Assembly (NCBI GenBank): GCA_963797095.1 | Contig: CAWCNY010000002.1 | Coordinates: 1,024,001 to 1,088,000, forward strand | Origin: an uncultured Chloroflexia bacterium | GTDB lineage: Bacteria > Chloroflexota > Chloroflexia > QHBQ01 > JADMIH01 | Direction: 5' to 3' | DNA: 64,000 nt | In this document: one piece after another, positions 1-10,050 of the stretch | Numbering within the stretch: the stretch's first letter is position 1 | How the letters are laid out: every line of letters starts with the position of its first letter | Notes under the pieces: model-generated | Databases searched by the model: none | Seen by the model: the letters and a program-made list of their open reading frames with translations, nothing else | What the model was told of the DNA's origin: nothing | Made by a program: the position numbers and the translations under genes

Positions 1-1
1 C

Positions 2-436
2 GAGACTTCGAGGGCCGAGTTTACCAAGTGGATTTCGCTTGGGTTCGGCTGGAACCTGTACAATCCATACTTCCCCTCCTTCACCGATGTGCCACCCACG
101 CACCCATATTACGAGTACATCGAGACGGCCAAGCTGCGCGGGATCATAGTTGGTTACGGAGATGGCACGTTCGGGCCTGACAACGTGGTGCTGAGAGCGC
201 AGGCCGCCAAGATGCTGGTGCTGGCGAAAGGCTGGCCGATAGTTACGCCTTCCGATCCGGACTTCTCGGATGTGCCGGTCGATACATGGTCTTACGGGTA
301 TGTGGAGACGGCCCTTGAGAGAGGGATCATAGGCGGGTATGGGGATGGCACCTTCGGGCCGAGTAATTCGCTAACGCGCGCTCAGTTGAGCAAGATGCTT
401 GCGCTCACCATGCAGCAGGCGCGACCTGCCCCATAA
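2..436 (+). CDS. S-layer homology (SLH) domain protein, C-terminal part (5' truncated by window edge)
   Basis: Frame is open from base 2; FTDVP...GYGDGTFGP...RAQ and FSDVP...GYGDGTFGPSNSLTRAQ are canonical SLH repeats. Confidence 0.9.
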   Translation, partial: ETSRAEFTKWISLGFGWNLYNPYFPSFTDVPPTHPYYEYIETAKLRGIIVGYGDGTFGPDNVVLRAQAAKMLVLAKGWPIVTPSDPDFSDVPVDTWSYGYVETALERGIIGGYGDGTFGPSNSLTRAQLSKMLALTMQQARPAP

Positions 437-475
437 GCGGCCTGTGATCTGACTGTGCGCTTGCTCTTATCCGGT

Positions 476-1687
476 TCAGATGGTGTAAGAGGTCGCGGGG
501 GCAGTTGGTACGGGCGAGCGCGGCCTTGTTACAAGGTATGAGGCGGCGAAGAGAGCCAGCATGCCCAGGGCGATTGCCGCTGTTGATAGGGCCAGACTTG
601 GCGCTCCAAAGCCCTCGATCAAGTTGCCTTGAAGCCATGGAATGATCGTTCCGCCCACACTGCCTATCGCCATTATCAGGCTCGATGCCCTGCCTGCCGC
701 CTGCGGGAAGCGCCCGGCCACTACGGAGACTATAGTTGGGTAGATGGGACCGAATGAGGCTCCCAGGATCACGATAGAGGCAATTGTGAAGACCGGGTTG
801 CTGACGGTGAGCAACATGCCAAGCCCGCCAAGCAAGGCGATCAACAAGCTTGCCAGGAGCAGGTATCCGGAGCGCACTTTTGTGCCCAGGCCTGCCGCTA
901 CCAGTCGCCCGGTGGTTAGTGACAGGTAGAAGGCCGAGGCCGTAAATGCCGCGCTTTCGGCAGGGATGTTGGTGGTGCGCTGCATGTAGGTAGCGACCCA
1001 CCCGCCAGTTCCTACTTCGACGCCCACGTAGAGGAGCAAGAGGATACCCAGAAGCCACAGAAAAGGTGAGAGGTAGAATGTGCTTTGTATTGTGGAAGGG
1101 GTTTGCTTCGGTTCGGCCTGTGCGTCCGGCGCTTTTCTCGCGCCCAGGCTGGGCACGGCCAGGATAAGCAGTAGAAGAAGGACCGAGATCAGCCACAGGG
1201 GAGGGAGGGCGGTGTGCCAGAGACCTAGCGAGGCCCCGACCAGAGCAGGACCCACGATGGCCCCCACTCCGTAGAAGACGTTCAATAGGTTGAGGGCGCT
1301 GGCGCTTCGTTTCGCGAAGGTCTGCGCTACCATCACGTTCGCGCCTACTACCAGAGCACCATCACCGAAGCCCCCGAAGGTCATGAAGGCAAGGGTGAGT
1401 GGGAGATTGTGGCTGAGGAGGCCGCCCGCAAGACCTATGCTCAATATGAGCATACCGGCTGCCAGCACCGGACGCGGGCCATATTTGTCGTTGAGCCAGC
1501 CGCTGATTAGCTCGGCGGGCACCGATCCGAGGAAGATAGCGGTGAAAATTGCGCCTGTGGCCGAGAGGCTGCTGGAGTTGTTACGCGCCAGCTCCGGTAG
1601 GGCGGGACCAACGGCGGCGATCATTCCCAGGCAGAGGAATAGATTGCTCGCTATCAGGAGCACTCGGCTTGTGCTCTTGTCTCTCAA
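476..1687 (-). CDS. MFS transporter
   Basis: 403 aa, about 12 hydrophobic segments, MFS motif A GWLNDKYGPRP. Confidence 0.9.
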   Translation of the reverse strand: MRDKSTSRVLLIASNLFLCLGMIAAVGPALPELARNNSSSLSATGAIFTAIFLGSVPAELISGWLNDKYGPRPVLAAGMLILSIGLAGGLLSHNLPLTLAFMTFGGFGDGALVVGANVMVAQTFAKRSASALNLLNVFYGVGAIVGPALVGASLGLWHTALPPLWLISVLLLLLILAVPSLGARKAPDAQAEPKQTPSTIQSTFYLSPFLWLLGILLLLYVGVEVGTGGWVATYMQRTTNIPAESAAFTASAFYLSLTTGRLVAAGLGTKVRSGYLLLASLLIALLGGLGMLLTVSNPVFTIASIVILGASFGPIYPTIVSVVAGRFPQAAGRASSLIMAIGSVGGTIIPWLQGNLIEGFGAPSLALSTAAIALGMLALFAASYLVTRPRSPVPTAPATSYTI

Positions 1688-1836
1688 GTGTGTTGTCCTG
1701 GGTTATTTTGTCTGATTCTATTATCGCAGGTCATGACAATGTCGGTCCACCACCCCAGCCCCTTCCCTTCGTCCACTCATTCCCCAAAACCACCCCGAGC
1801 GGGAGACTTGCCCCAAGCAACACGCAGTATCACAAT

Positions 1837-2170
1837 GGACACCGTTGTGGCTGCCCGATGAATTGCCACCCAAGCCAAGTCCCGAAAGGACGCTAGAACA
1901 TAGCCCAGGGTATAAGCCCTATGGATTGTATGCCACCCAAGCAGAAGTCCCGAAGGGACGGCAGAAAGTAGCCCAGGGCGTAAGCCCTGCGGTTAGCAAG
2001 ACTACCCAAAGCAAGTAGTCCCGTAGGGACGTAAGAAGATTAGCATTGCATCATATAGGACCGGGCGATTGTTCTTGCGCCCCTACGGGGCTATGGCATT
2101 TTCCTTGGCTTACCACAGGGCTTGCGCTCCGGGCTATTATCTAGCGTCCCTACGGGACTTGGCTTGGGAT
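1837..2170. repeat. Composite REP-like palindromic repeat cluster
   Basis: Repeated CCCAAGC..AGTCCCG(A/T)AGGGAC..TAGCCCAGGG..AAGCCCT units followed by inverted copies; related unit at ~55315-55370. Confidence 0.75.
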
Positions 2171-2528
2171 TTATATATGACAACATTGCCCACCACGGGT
2201 GTCCCTATCCCAGATCCCCTGAAACTGTACTTAAGTAGACCCCCAAACCTGTCCGTTTTGTCCATCCAATGTCATTTAGCAAGTGAAGGGGAGATCCAAC
2301 CACCTTCCAATCAAACTACCGGAATCCGAAACATCACTGTACTAAAGTACGCATCCATATCTGGAACTGCTCGCATAATCCGGCATACCCATGCGAAAAG
2401 CCCGCCCTTCGAGGTGATAGGTTGACGCAGGCTCCACATTAAGTTTATAGACTATTGGATGGAGCGGTGGAACGAAGGCTATACAGAGAGATATTCAAGC
2501 GTGAACGTGAGGGTCAGGAGGCATAATA

Positions 2529-3908
2529 ATGAACGCCGGCAATTCAACGGATTTCGCAGCTTACGACGCATATATCGAGGGGCATTTTGACGATATGGTG
2601 AAGGAGTTGCGCGCTTTCTGCGCCACACCCACTCTTGCCGGACAGCGGATCGGTCTGGAAGAAGGCGTGGCGGCGGTGCGTGCCCTATTGGAGGGCGTGG
2701 GCGCGACGGTCAATGCGGTACCTATAGATGACGGCTCGCCTCCCGTAGTGCTGGCCGAGCAAGGCTCTGGCGACAAGACGTTGCTTATCTACAACCACTA
2801 CGATGTGCAACCCCCTGAGCCGCTAGACCTCTGGGAGTCGCCCCCCTATGCGGGCGACGTGCGCGATGGCAGCTTCTATGCGCGTGGGGTAGCCGACGAC
2901 CGGGCCGACTTCCTGTCGCGGGTGCTGGCGGTGCGCGCCTACCAGGCCACGGTAGGGGAGTTACCGTTGAGATTGCGATGGCTGGTGGAGGGTGAGGAGG
3001 AGGTAGGTAGCCCGCACCTCGCTCCTATTGTGGAGCAGCACGCGGACGATTTGCGGGCGGATTGGTGCGTGTGGGAAGGCTCGTGGCGCAACGTTCAAGG
3101 CAACGTACAGATCATCTGCGGCGTGAAGGGGATGCTCTATGTCGAGCTACACGCCAAAGGCCCGAACCACGATGCGCACTCTGGCATGGGCGGTGTGCTG
3201 CCCAACCCGGCCTGGCGGCTGGTGATGGCGCTCTCTACTCTCCGGGACGACAAAGGCAATTTCGTCATGGATGGGCTGGACGAGATTGTGGATACACCAA
3301 CAGAGTTGGACCTGGGAGCCTTGAAGGCTATACCATTCGATGAGGAAGCGTCGCTTGCCATATACGGGTTGGACCACTGGCAGCGGGGCCTCAAGGGGCG
3401 GGATGCGCTGGCTGCCGAGATGTTCGACCCGACGGCCAATATAGCGGGCTTCCACAGCGGGTATGGTGGAGATGGGCCAAAGACTATCGTGCCGAGCAAG
3501 GGTATGGTCAAGATGGATTTCAGGTTGGTGCCTCACCAGACACCCGAAAAGATGCTGGAACTGTTGCGTGCTCATCTTGATAAGCGCGGGTACAACGATA
3601 TCGAGATCGTAGTGCTTGGGGAGCTCTATCCCGCCAAGACGCCCGTAGATCACCCGCTTGTGCAGGAAGGCGCTGCGGTGTGGCGGGACCTGGGCGAAGA
3701 CCCCGTCCTGATAGCGCCGATGACGGGTGGTAGCGGGCCGCTGTCGCTGATCACAGAGGAGCTTGGCATCCCCACTGTGGTGACGGGAGGCGTGGCTAAC
3801 GCCCAGTCGCGTGTCCATTCGCCGAACGAGAGCATCAAGCTGGACGACTTCAAGTTCGCCATCCGCTACTGGGGAAGGCTGTTCGCCAGGTTAGGGCGGC
3901 GAACGTAA
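2529..3908 (+). CDS. M20/M25/M40 family metallopeptidase (dipeptidase-like)
   Basis: YNHYDVQP, ARGVADD, EGEEEVGS and HSPNE motifs; AGGAGG RBS. Confidence 0.92.
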   Translation: MNAGNSTDFAAYDAYIEGHFDDMVKELRAFCATPTLAGQRIGLEEGVAAVRALLEGVGATVNAVPIDDGSPPVVLAEQGSGDKTLLIYNHYDVQPPEPLDLWESPPYAGDVRDGSFYARGVADDRADFLSRVLAVRAYQATVGELPLRLRWLVEGEEEVGSPHLAPIVEQHADDLRADWCVWEGSWRNVQGNVQIICGVKGMLYVELHAKGPNHDAHSGMGGVLPNPAWRLVMALSTLRDDKGNFVMDGLDEIVDTPTELDLGALKAIPFDEEASLAIYGLDHWQRGLKGRDALAAEMFDPTANIAGFHSGYGGDGPKTIVPSKGMVKMDFRLVPHQTPEKMLELLRAHLDKRGYNDIEIVVLGELYPAKTPVDHPLVQEGAAVWRDLGEDPVLIAPMTGGSGPLSLITEELGIPTVVTGGVANAQSRVHSPNESIKLDDFKFAIRYWGRLFARLGRRT

Positions 3909-3910
3909 GG

Positions 3911-5095
3911 CTACTCGGGTGATCGCAAAATAAACCGCGTGATCTCAGGCCTGCTGCCGAAGCGGATTGGGGGCTTGCCGCCGATACCCCGGCTGACATA
4001 CATGAGTGTGCCGGAACGCCGGAAGAACCCTTCAACATAGCGGCGTCCATATCGAGACGATACAAGCATAGCGCCCACTAAAGGAAGTTTTATCTGGCCT
4101 CCGTGATTGTGACCCGACAATTGCAGGTCTACACGCCCCGCAGCCTCCATCAGATAGTCGGGAACGTGCGCCAGCAGGACGGTGCAAGCGCCATCCGGTA
4201 TGCCGTGCAGGGCGATATCCAGGTCGGCCCTGCCCGACCAGGGGTCCTCAACGCCCGCTATATAGAGGCTGGCATCGTCCCGCTTCAACTCTACGTGGCT
4301 GTTGGACAAAACCGGAATACCCACCCTACGCAGGGCGTCGGTTACGCGCTCCGCACCCGCTACGTGGTCATGGTTGCCCAGGACCGCCAGCGTGCCTTTG
4401 CCTCCGCGCTGTTGTTGCGACCACGTGCCGAGGGGTGACAGCAATCGAGCCGCGCCTGCTATGTCCTGCGGGTAGGTTTGGTAGTCGCCGGTGAGCGCGA
4501 TCATGTCGGGCGACATCCGCAACACAATCTCCACGTAGCGACTGATGAACTCGGCAGATGCAAAGTGGGCGTAGTGCACGTCGCTGATCTGCACTATGGT
4601 GAAGCTGTCGAACTCCTTTGGGAGATTGGGCAGCATCAGCGTGTGGGTGGCGACCTCAAGATCGTGGATCTCGTTGACCCTGTTGACCAGCCCTTTGAGA
4701 CCGCCTGTGGGGAGATTGTCGTGCGTGCGCAGGGCATCACGCAGCTTGTAGCTTCGTATGGAAGTGGAGAGGAGTTCGGCGGGAGGTGGGGTTGGGTAAG
4801 ATTTACGATAGGCTTCCTGTGCAAGCCAGCGCGCTCCAAGTAGGGTGAAGAAAAGCGCCCAGATTCGGCCAGGAGTATTGGGGAGCAGAATCGACCGGAG
4901 GAAGCCGCGCCAGCCCAGGGTCAGGATATTGGCGAGGCCGATCAAGGGCCAAAGAGCCAGGTGGCTCAGGATGAGCGGTATTTTGGGGAGGCGTTCGGGC
5001 GCGCCTATGAGGACTCTGTTGTTGACGAAAGTGCCTGCTGCTTCGTGGCCTACAAGATCGAGCAGGATGGCGATAAGATTGGCTAATTTGCTCAT
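3911..5095 (-). CDS. Membrane-anchored metallophosphoesterase (YkuE-like)
   Basis: SDVH, TGD, LGNHD, LAHVP and SGHNHGGQ calcineurin-like motifs; start placed at MSKLANL (uncertain). Confidence 0.85.
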   Translation of the reverse strand: MSKLANLIAILLDLVGHEAAGTFVNNRVLIGAPERLPKIPLILSHLALWPLIGLANILTLGWRGFLRSILLPNTPGRIWALFFTLLGARWLAQEAYRKSYPTPPPAELLSTSIRSYKLRDALRTHDNLPTGGLKGLVNRVNEIHDLEVATHTLMLPNLPKEFDSFTIVQISDVHYAHFASAEFISRYVEIVLRMSPDMIALTGDYQTYPQDIAGAARLLSPLGTWSQQQRGGKGTLAVLGNHDHVAGAERVTDALRRVGIPVLSNSHVELKRDDASLYIAGVEDPWSGRADLDIALHGIPDGACTVLLAHVPDYLMEAAGRVDLQLSGHNHGGQIKLPLVGAMLVSSRYGRRYVEGFFRRSGTLMYVSRGIGGKPPIRFGSRPEITRFILRSPE

Positions 5096-5141
5096 CAAGA
5101 GCCATATTACTCGATCTTGACCGATGGCTCCAATTGGAATA

Positions 5142-5170
5142 TTGAACGATGGTGGTGTTGGGGATATAAT
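5142..5170 (+). promoter_or_regulatory. sigma70-type promoter of the pan operon
   Basis: TTGAAC-17 nt-TATAAT. Confidence 0.7.
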
Positions 5171-5195
5171 GAGAGTGACCACTTGGATCCACGTT

Positions 5196-5276
5196 GGGGG
5201 ACTGAGATGGCGGACAGAATTGAAATAACGCGAAGGCCCGATTCGGGTCTTGTCGCGTACCGCCTCAACAGCTCCC
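5196..5276 (+). ncRNA. pan RNA motif-like cis-regulatory leader
   Basis: CTGAGATGGCGG pairs with CCGCCTCAACAG (bulged stem) around an inner ACGCGA-AGGCCCGA/TCGGGTCT-TCGCGT hairpin; lies upstream of pantothenate genes and overlaps a terminator. Confidence 0.7.
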
Positions 5277-5298
5277 AGCGCACAGGGGAGCTTTTTTT
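5270..5298 (+). terminator. Intrinsic terminator/attenuator in the pan leader
   Basis: AGCTCCC-loop-GGGAGCT followed by a T run. Confidence 0.85.
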
Positions 5299-5304
5299 GT
5301 GGCT

Positions 5305-6261
5305 ATGACATCGAACAGCAGACAACGTGTGACCCTCCAGCGCCGGAGACAGGTATACGGGCAATCGCTGCCGGGGCCGATAGGCTTCATTGGGGCAGGC
5401 AAAGTAGGGACCGCGCTGGCGGCCCTGTTGCACCAGCGTGGTGCGCACGTGGCCGCCGTAGCGGGGCGCACGTCCGGGTCGAGTTTTGAGATGGCTCTGG
5501 GTGCGGGATTGAGCGCATCGGTGGCGAAAGACCGGGCGGGAGTGCTGGCAAGCGCATCTATCGTATTCCTGACGGTAACTGACGATGCTATCAAGCCTCT
5601 TTGCGAAGAGATCGCAGCCAACGAGGGATGGCGCGCCGGGCAGGGGGTGGTGCATTGTAGCGGCGCGCTGCCTAGCACCATATTGAGCGCAGCCGGCGAG
5701 CAGGGCGCGCTCGTGGCGTCGTTCCACCCGTTGCAGGCGTTCGCCAGCCTGCAAGCCGCCCTGAAGAATATGCCAGGCTCGACCTTCGCGTTGGAGGGAG
5801 ACGAGACGCTGGTCGCCCAGCTTGAGCAGTTGGCCGAAGCGCTGGGCGGGACGTCACTCCGTATGCGCCCTGAGGACAAGACGCTGTACCACGCGGCTGC
5901 TGTGATCTCCTCGAACTACCTGGTGACGCTGGCCGCGCTGGCGTCTGATCTGCTGGTGCGCGAAGGCGTGTCGCCGGATGCGACCACGGCGGTGCGTCAC
6001 CTGGTGCCTCTGCTCAGGGGCACGTTGGAGAATCTGCAAGCGGTTGGATTGCCCTGGGCGCTGACCGGACCGCTGGTTCGCGGCGACGCAGGAACGGTGC
6101 AGCGCCATCTGAAGGCCCTGGAGGAGATCGCGCCCGACACCGCCGACCTGTATCGCCACCTGGCGCGGCTGACGCTGCCGATGGCCCAGGAGAAGGGCGG
6201 GTTGGACGAGGCACAAGTGGGCAGGCTGCGCGAGGCGCTGGGCATGGAGAACGACTTTTGA
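5305..6261 (+). CDS. Rossmann-like/DUF2520 protein (PanG-type ketopantoate reductase candidate)
   Basis: IGFIGAGKVG, VVHCSGA, SFHPLQAF, YHAAAVISSN and LTGPLVRGD motifs; immediately upstream of panB. Confidence 0.85.
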   Translation: MTSNSRQRVTLQRRRQVYGQSLPGPIGFIGAGKVGTALAALLHQRGAHVAAVAGRTSGSSFEMALGAGLSASVAKDRAGVLASASIVFLTVTDDAIKPLCEEIAANEGWRAGQGVVHCSGALPSTILSAAGEQGALVASFHPLQAFASLQAALKNMPGSTFALEGDETLVAQLEQLAEALGGTSLRMRPEDKTLYHAAAVISSNYLVTLAALASDLLVREGVSPDATTAVRHLVPLLRGTLENLQAVGLPWALTGPLVRGDAGTVQRHLKALEEIAPDTADLYRHLARLTLPMAQEKGGLDEAQVGRLREALGMENDF

Positions 6262-6284
6262 TTTGTATTTGGTGGTTTATTTTG

Positions 6285-6386
6285 GAACACGAAGAAACGA
6301 AGGGAAACGAAGCACGCGAAGTTATGAAGGAATATTCAAATATGAACCTTCGTGATCTTCGGTCTCCTTCGACCCTTCGTGTTCAA
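6285..6386. repeat. Imperfect intergenic hairpin built from CGAAG/CTTCG units
   Basis: GAACACGAAG... opposed by ...CTTCGTGTTC. Confidence 0.6.
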
Positions 6387-6409
6387 GAGACTTCGCAAAG
6401 GAGATACCG

Positions 6410-7285
6410 ATGTCAGTGACTGAGCAACATACAGGGACGGAAACCCAGAGCAGGCCGGGGGCAGGGCGGGTGAGTGTGACCCGGCTGCGCACTATGAAGG
6501 AGAAGGGCGAGAAGATCGTGATGCTTACGGCTTACGACTACTCGACCGCAAAGCTGGCCGATATGGCGGGGATCCCTTTGCTGTTGGTGGGCGACTCGCT
6601 TGGGCGTGTGATGCTTGGGTACGACTCGGAGGTGCGGGTGACAATGGAGGATATGCTGCACCACACCAAAGCGGTGACTCGCGGGGTATCGCGGGCGCTG
6701 GTGGTGGGCGATATGCCTTTCATGAGCTATTCGGTCAGCCCCGAAGAGACGTTGCGGAACGCGGGCCGCTTCTTGCAGGAGGGCGGTGCTCGCGCGGTCA
6801 AGATGGAGGGAGCGGCTGTTGCACAGACGATTGAGCGAGTGGTGGCATCAGGCATCCCTGTGATGGGGCACCTGGGGTTGACGCCCCAATCGATCAACGT
6901 GATCGGCGGGCATAAGATACAGGGTAAGACGCGCGAGGCCGCCGCGAAACTGATCGAGGACTCCCTCGCGCTGGAAAGAGCCGGGTGCTTCGCCCTGGTG
7001 CTTGAGCTTGTGCCCACGCCCCTGGCGGGCCTCATCAGCCGGCGGCTGAGCATACCCACAATCGGGATCGGCGCCGGGCCTCTGTGCGATGGGCAGGTAC
7101 AGGTGGTACACGATTTGTTGGGCTGGTACCCCGATTTCACCCCCAAGCATGCCCGTAAGTACGTGGATATGGCCTCGGCTTTGACCACGGCCTTCGGCGA
7201 TTACATGAATGATGTGCGGGCTGGGACGTTCCCCACTGATGAGAACTCGTTCCCAATGGACGAGTTGTTGTTGGAGGGTTTGTAG
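6410..7285 (+). CDS. panB: 3-methyl-2-oxobutanoate hydroxymethyltransferase
   Basis: MLTAYD, LLVGDSLG, DMPFMSY, MGHLGLTPQ and IGIGAG..CDGQV motifs. Confidence 0.97.
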   Translation: MSVTEQHTGTETQSRPGAGRVSVTRLRTMKEKGEKIVMLTAYDYSTAKLADMAGIPLLLVGDSLGRVMLGYDSEVRVTMEDMLHHTKAVTRGVSRALVVGDMPFMSYSVSPEETLRNAGRFLQEGGARAVKMEGAAVAQTIERVVASGIPVMGHLGLTPQSINVIGGHKIQGKTREAAAKLIEDSLALERAGCFALVLELVPTPLAGLISRRLSIPTIGIGAGPLCDGQVQVVHDLLGWYPDFTPKHARKYVDMASALTTAFGDYMNDVRAGTFPTDENSFPMDELLLEGL

Positions 7286-7430
7286 AAGACCTGACGTGTT
7301 CCAGGAAAGCGATAGACTGGAAAAAAGATCGGATATGCGTATACTGTAAAGCGAAACATGATAAATTGCTGGACTCGCTACGATGCGTGTTTGGCCCGAA
7401 CAACTTTCAAAGGAGAAAGGGAATAAAGCA

Positions 7431-8573
7431 ATGGCAAATGCTCAACGTACAAAAGGTTTGGAGGGCGTAGTAATCGGGAGCAGCACGATAAGCAATGTGG
7501 AGGGCGAGATCGGTCGCCTTAGCTATCGTGGCTATCTGATCGGGGACCTGGCCGAGCACTCCTCCTATGAGGAGGTGCTTTACCTGTTGCTGAACGGGGA
7601 GCTGCCGAACAAGGCTCAGTTGGAGGAGTTGGACAGCATGCTGAAGTCACATCGAGAGCTTCCTGAGCAGGCGATGACGGTATTGCGTGCCCTGCCGACG
7701 ACGGGGGAGCCGATCGACGTTCTACGCACGATCGTATCAGCGCTGGCCTTGATGGACGCCGATGTGAACAACACCTCCGATGAAGCGGTTATTGACAAGA
7801 CCCTGACGCTGGTCGCCAGGATGCCCACTATTGCGGCGGCTTATGATCGCTTGCGCAACAGCAAGGAGCCGGTCGCGCCGAGCAAGACGCTTGGGCATGC
7901 CGCCAATCTTCTCTATATGCTTAAAGGCACCGAGCCTACCAAGGAGGATGCCGCAGCGCTCAACACCTACCTGGTGCTGGCGGCAGAGCACAGCTTCAAC
8001 GCCTCCACATTCACGGCGAAAGTGGTTATCTCCACGCTTTCGGACTATATGTCGGCTATCACGGCGGCGCTTTGCTCACTAAAGGGCGTCTCCCACGGCG
8101 GGGCCAACCAGAAGGCTATGGAGATGATGATCGAGATCGGGTCGCTGGATAATGTGGAGCCGTTCATTGACAATGCACTGGCGACCAAGCGCAGATTGAT
8201 GGGCATGGGGCACAGGATCTACAAGACGTATGACCCACGCGCCGCGCAATTGAACGAGCACGCCCGCATAGTGGCCGAGCGCAGCGGCAACACGCGATGG
8301 TACGAGATCGCCAAGAGGATCGACGAGATCTCGCGCACGCACGAATACTTTTCTTCGCGCAAGATCTACCCGAACGTGGAGTTCTACAGCGCACCGCTGT
8401 TGTACACGTTGGGCTTCGCGCCCGATATGATGCCCGCGCTGTTCGGTTGCAGCAGGGTAGCAGGGTGGTCGGCGCACGTGCTGGAGCAGTTGAGCGACAA
8501 CAGGATCATACGCCCAAGCGTGGAGTATACAGGCTCGGACATAAGGGATTACGTGCCGCTGGAGAAGCGGTAA
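7431..8573 (+). CDS. Citrate synthase (short, ~380 aa type)
   Basis: KGLEGV, LSYRGY, EHSFNASTF, HGGAN, GMGHRIYK..DPR and PNVEFY motifs. Confidence 0.93.
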   Translation: MANAQRTKGLEGVVIGSSTISNVEGEIGRLSYRGYLIGDLAEHSSYEEVLYLLLNGELPNKAQLEELDSMLKSHRELPEQAMTVLRALPTTGEPIDVLRTIVSALALMDADVNNTSDEAVIDKTLTLVARMPTIAAAYDRLRNSKEPVAPSKTLGHAANLLYMLKGTEPTKEDAAALNTYLVLAAEHSFNASTFTAKVVISTLSDYMSAITAALCSLKGVSHGGANQKAMEMMIEIGSLDNVEPFIDNALATKRRLMGMGHRIYKTYDPRAAQLNEHARIVAERSGNTRWYEIAKRIDEISRTHEYFSSRKIYPNVEFYSAPLLYTLGFAPDMMPALFGCSRVAGWSAHVLEQLSDNRIIRPSVEYTGSDIRDYVPLEKR

Positions 8574-8589
8574 CGCGAAGGTTATTGAT

Positions 8590-8616
8590 GGGGGAGCCTG
8601 CGAATGGCTCCCCTTC
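8590..8616 (+). terminator. Hairpin after citrate synthase
   Basis: GGGGAGCC-loop-GGCTCCCC followed by TTCT. Confidence 0.55.
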
Positions 8617-8799
8617 TGCTAGTGCACTGCTGACATACCGATCTGACGGGAGCATCGCAAGTGGCAACCGGGGAGCCCACGCTGCGTATATGAATGTGTA
8701 GCAAGCAGAGAGGCGGGCAGCGGTATGGCTCAGGTGGCAAGCAACACACAGAGAAGCATTTGGTTGAGTCAGGATGATATCGCTGTGGGTGGCGGTATT

Positions 8800-10050
8800 T
8801 ATCGTTCCGAAAGCGGCTAAGACCCTCGCCTTATGAACATTAACAAATAAATCATCATAGGATAGAATGCATAAAGTTGGGGTATAATGTACTTATACGA
8901 AAGACGTTTCTGTACAGGATACGGCCTACTAAGATACAAGCCACTCGATTGAGTGCCATGCTTGAAGAGTGTCGCTGGCTGTACAATACCTTGCTCGAAC
9001 AGCGCAAGATATCTTGGGAAGAAGGCGGCCTGTCTATGAGCATGTACGCCCAGCATCAATACATCCCTTTCTTGAAGAAGGAACGTCCTACACTCTCTCA
9101 GGTACACAGTCAGGTCTTGCAGAATGTCTCCCAACGCATAGACCTTGCTTTTCAGCACTTTTTTCGTAGAGTAAAAGGCGGTGAAAAGCCCGGCTATCCC
9201 AGATTTCGCGGCTATGGTAGATATAACAGTATGTGCTACCCGCAAGCGCCTTCGGGATGTAACCTGGTGGGCAATAAGCTTCACCTGTCCAAAGTCGGGC
9301 CTGTAGAGGTAGTGCTTCATCGCCCGCTTGAGGGTACGCCTAAGACTGTTTGCGTCAAGCGAAGCGGCACTGGCAAATGGTATGCATCCTTCTCCTGTGA
9401 GTGGGAGCCTACCAGACTGCCTGAAAGCCCTGAGCGGGTAGGTATAGATGTTGGCCTCAAGACGTTCGCTACCCTCTCTACCGGAGAGGAGATTGAAAAC
9501 CCGCGCTTCTTTCGCCTTGAGGAAAAGGCGCTTGCTAAAGCGCAACGCCTGCTTTCCAGGCAAGAGAAAGGTACTCCTGAGCGAGCTAAACGAAGGAAGG
9601 TAGTAGCGAGAGTGCATGAGCGTATAGGCTGGCGTAGAGATAACTTCGCTCACCAGCATTCTCGCAGGATAGTCAACCGTTTCGGGTTGATAGCACTTGA
9701 GGATTTGGGAGTCAACCGGATGAAGCACAACCACTGTCTGAGCAAAAGTATCAGTGATGTGGCGTGGAGCGGGTTTCGCAGCATGATTGCGTGCAAGGCA
9801 GAATGGGCTGGCCGCAAGTACGTTGCTGTAAATCCTGCTTATAGCAGCCAGACGTGTAGTGGTTGCGGGCATAGATTGGCTACCGATAAGAGGCTCGGTC
9901 TCTCCGACAGGATATTCGATTGTCCGTGTTGTGCTTTGCATATCGACAGAGACCTCAATGCCTCTTTGAACATTCTTGCGTTGGGATTACAACGCATCGG
10001 TAATCAATCCGTAGAAGCCCCGCCGTTTACGGCTGGGGAGTAATCTCCCG
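8800..10050 (+). mobile_element. IS1341-like tnpB-only element (ends approximate)
   Basis: tnpB with right-end hairpin GAAGCCCCGCCGTTTACGGCTGGGGAGTAATC overlapping the stop; inserted between citrate synthase and panC. Confidence 0.7.
8877..10043 (+). CDS. tnpB: RNA-guided endonuclease TnpB (IS200/IS605 family, no tnpA)
   Basis: N-terminal KTFLYRIRPT HTH, RuvC D/E/D (GIDVG, ALEDL, DRDLNA), CSGC..CPCC zinc finger; start codon uncertain. Confidence 0.93.
   Translation: MGYNVLIRKTFLYRIRPTKIQATRLSAMLEECRWLYNTLLEQRKISWEEGGLSMSMYAQHQYIPFLKKERPTLSQVHSQVLQNVSQRIDLAFQHFFRRVKGGEKPGYPRFRGYGRYNSMCYPQAPSGCNLVGNKLHLSKVGPVEVVLHRPLEGTPKTVCVKRSGTGKWYASFSCEWEPTRLPESPERVGIDVGLKTFATLSTGEEIENPRFFRLEEKALAKAQRLLSRQEKGTPERAKRRKVVARVHERIGWRRDNFAHQHSRRIVNRFGLIALEDLGVNRMKHNHCLSKSISDVAWSGFRSMIACKAEWAGRKYVAVNPAYSSQTCSGCGHRLATDKRLGLSDRIFDCPCCALHIDRDLNASLNILALGLQRIGNQSVEAPPFTAGE

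Noticed and set aside
8817-9941. 374-aa antisense ORF over tnpB
   Set aside because: Shadow frame of tnpB with no recognisable motifs
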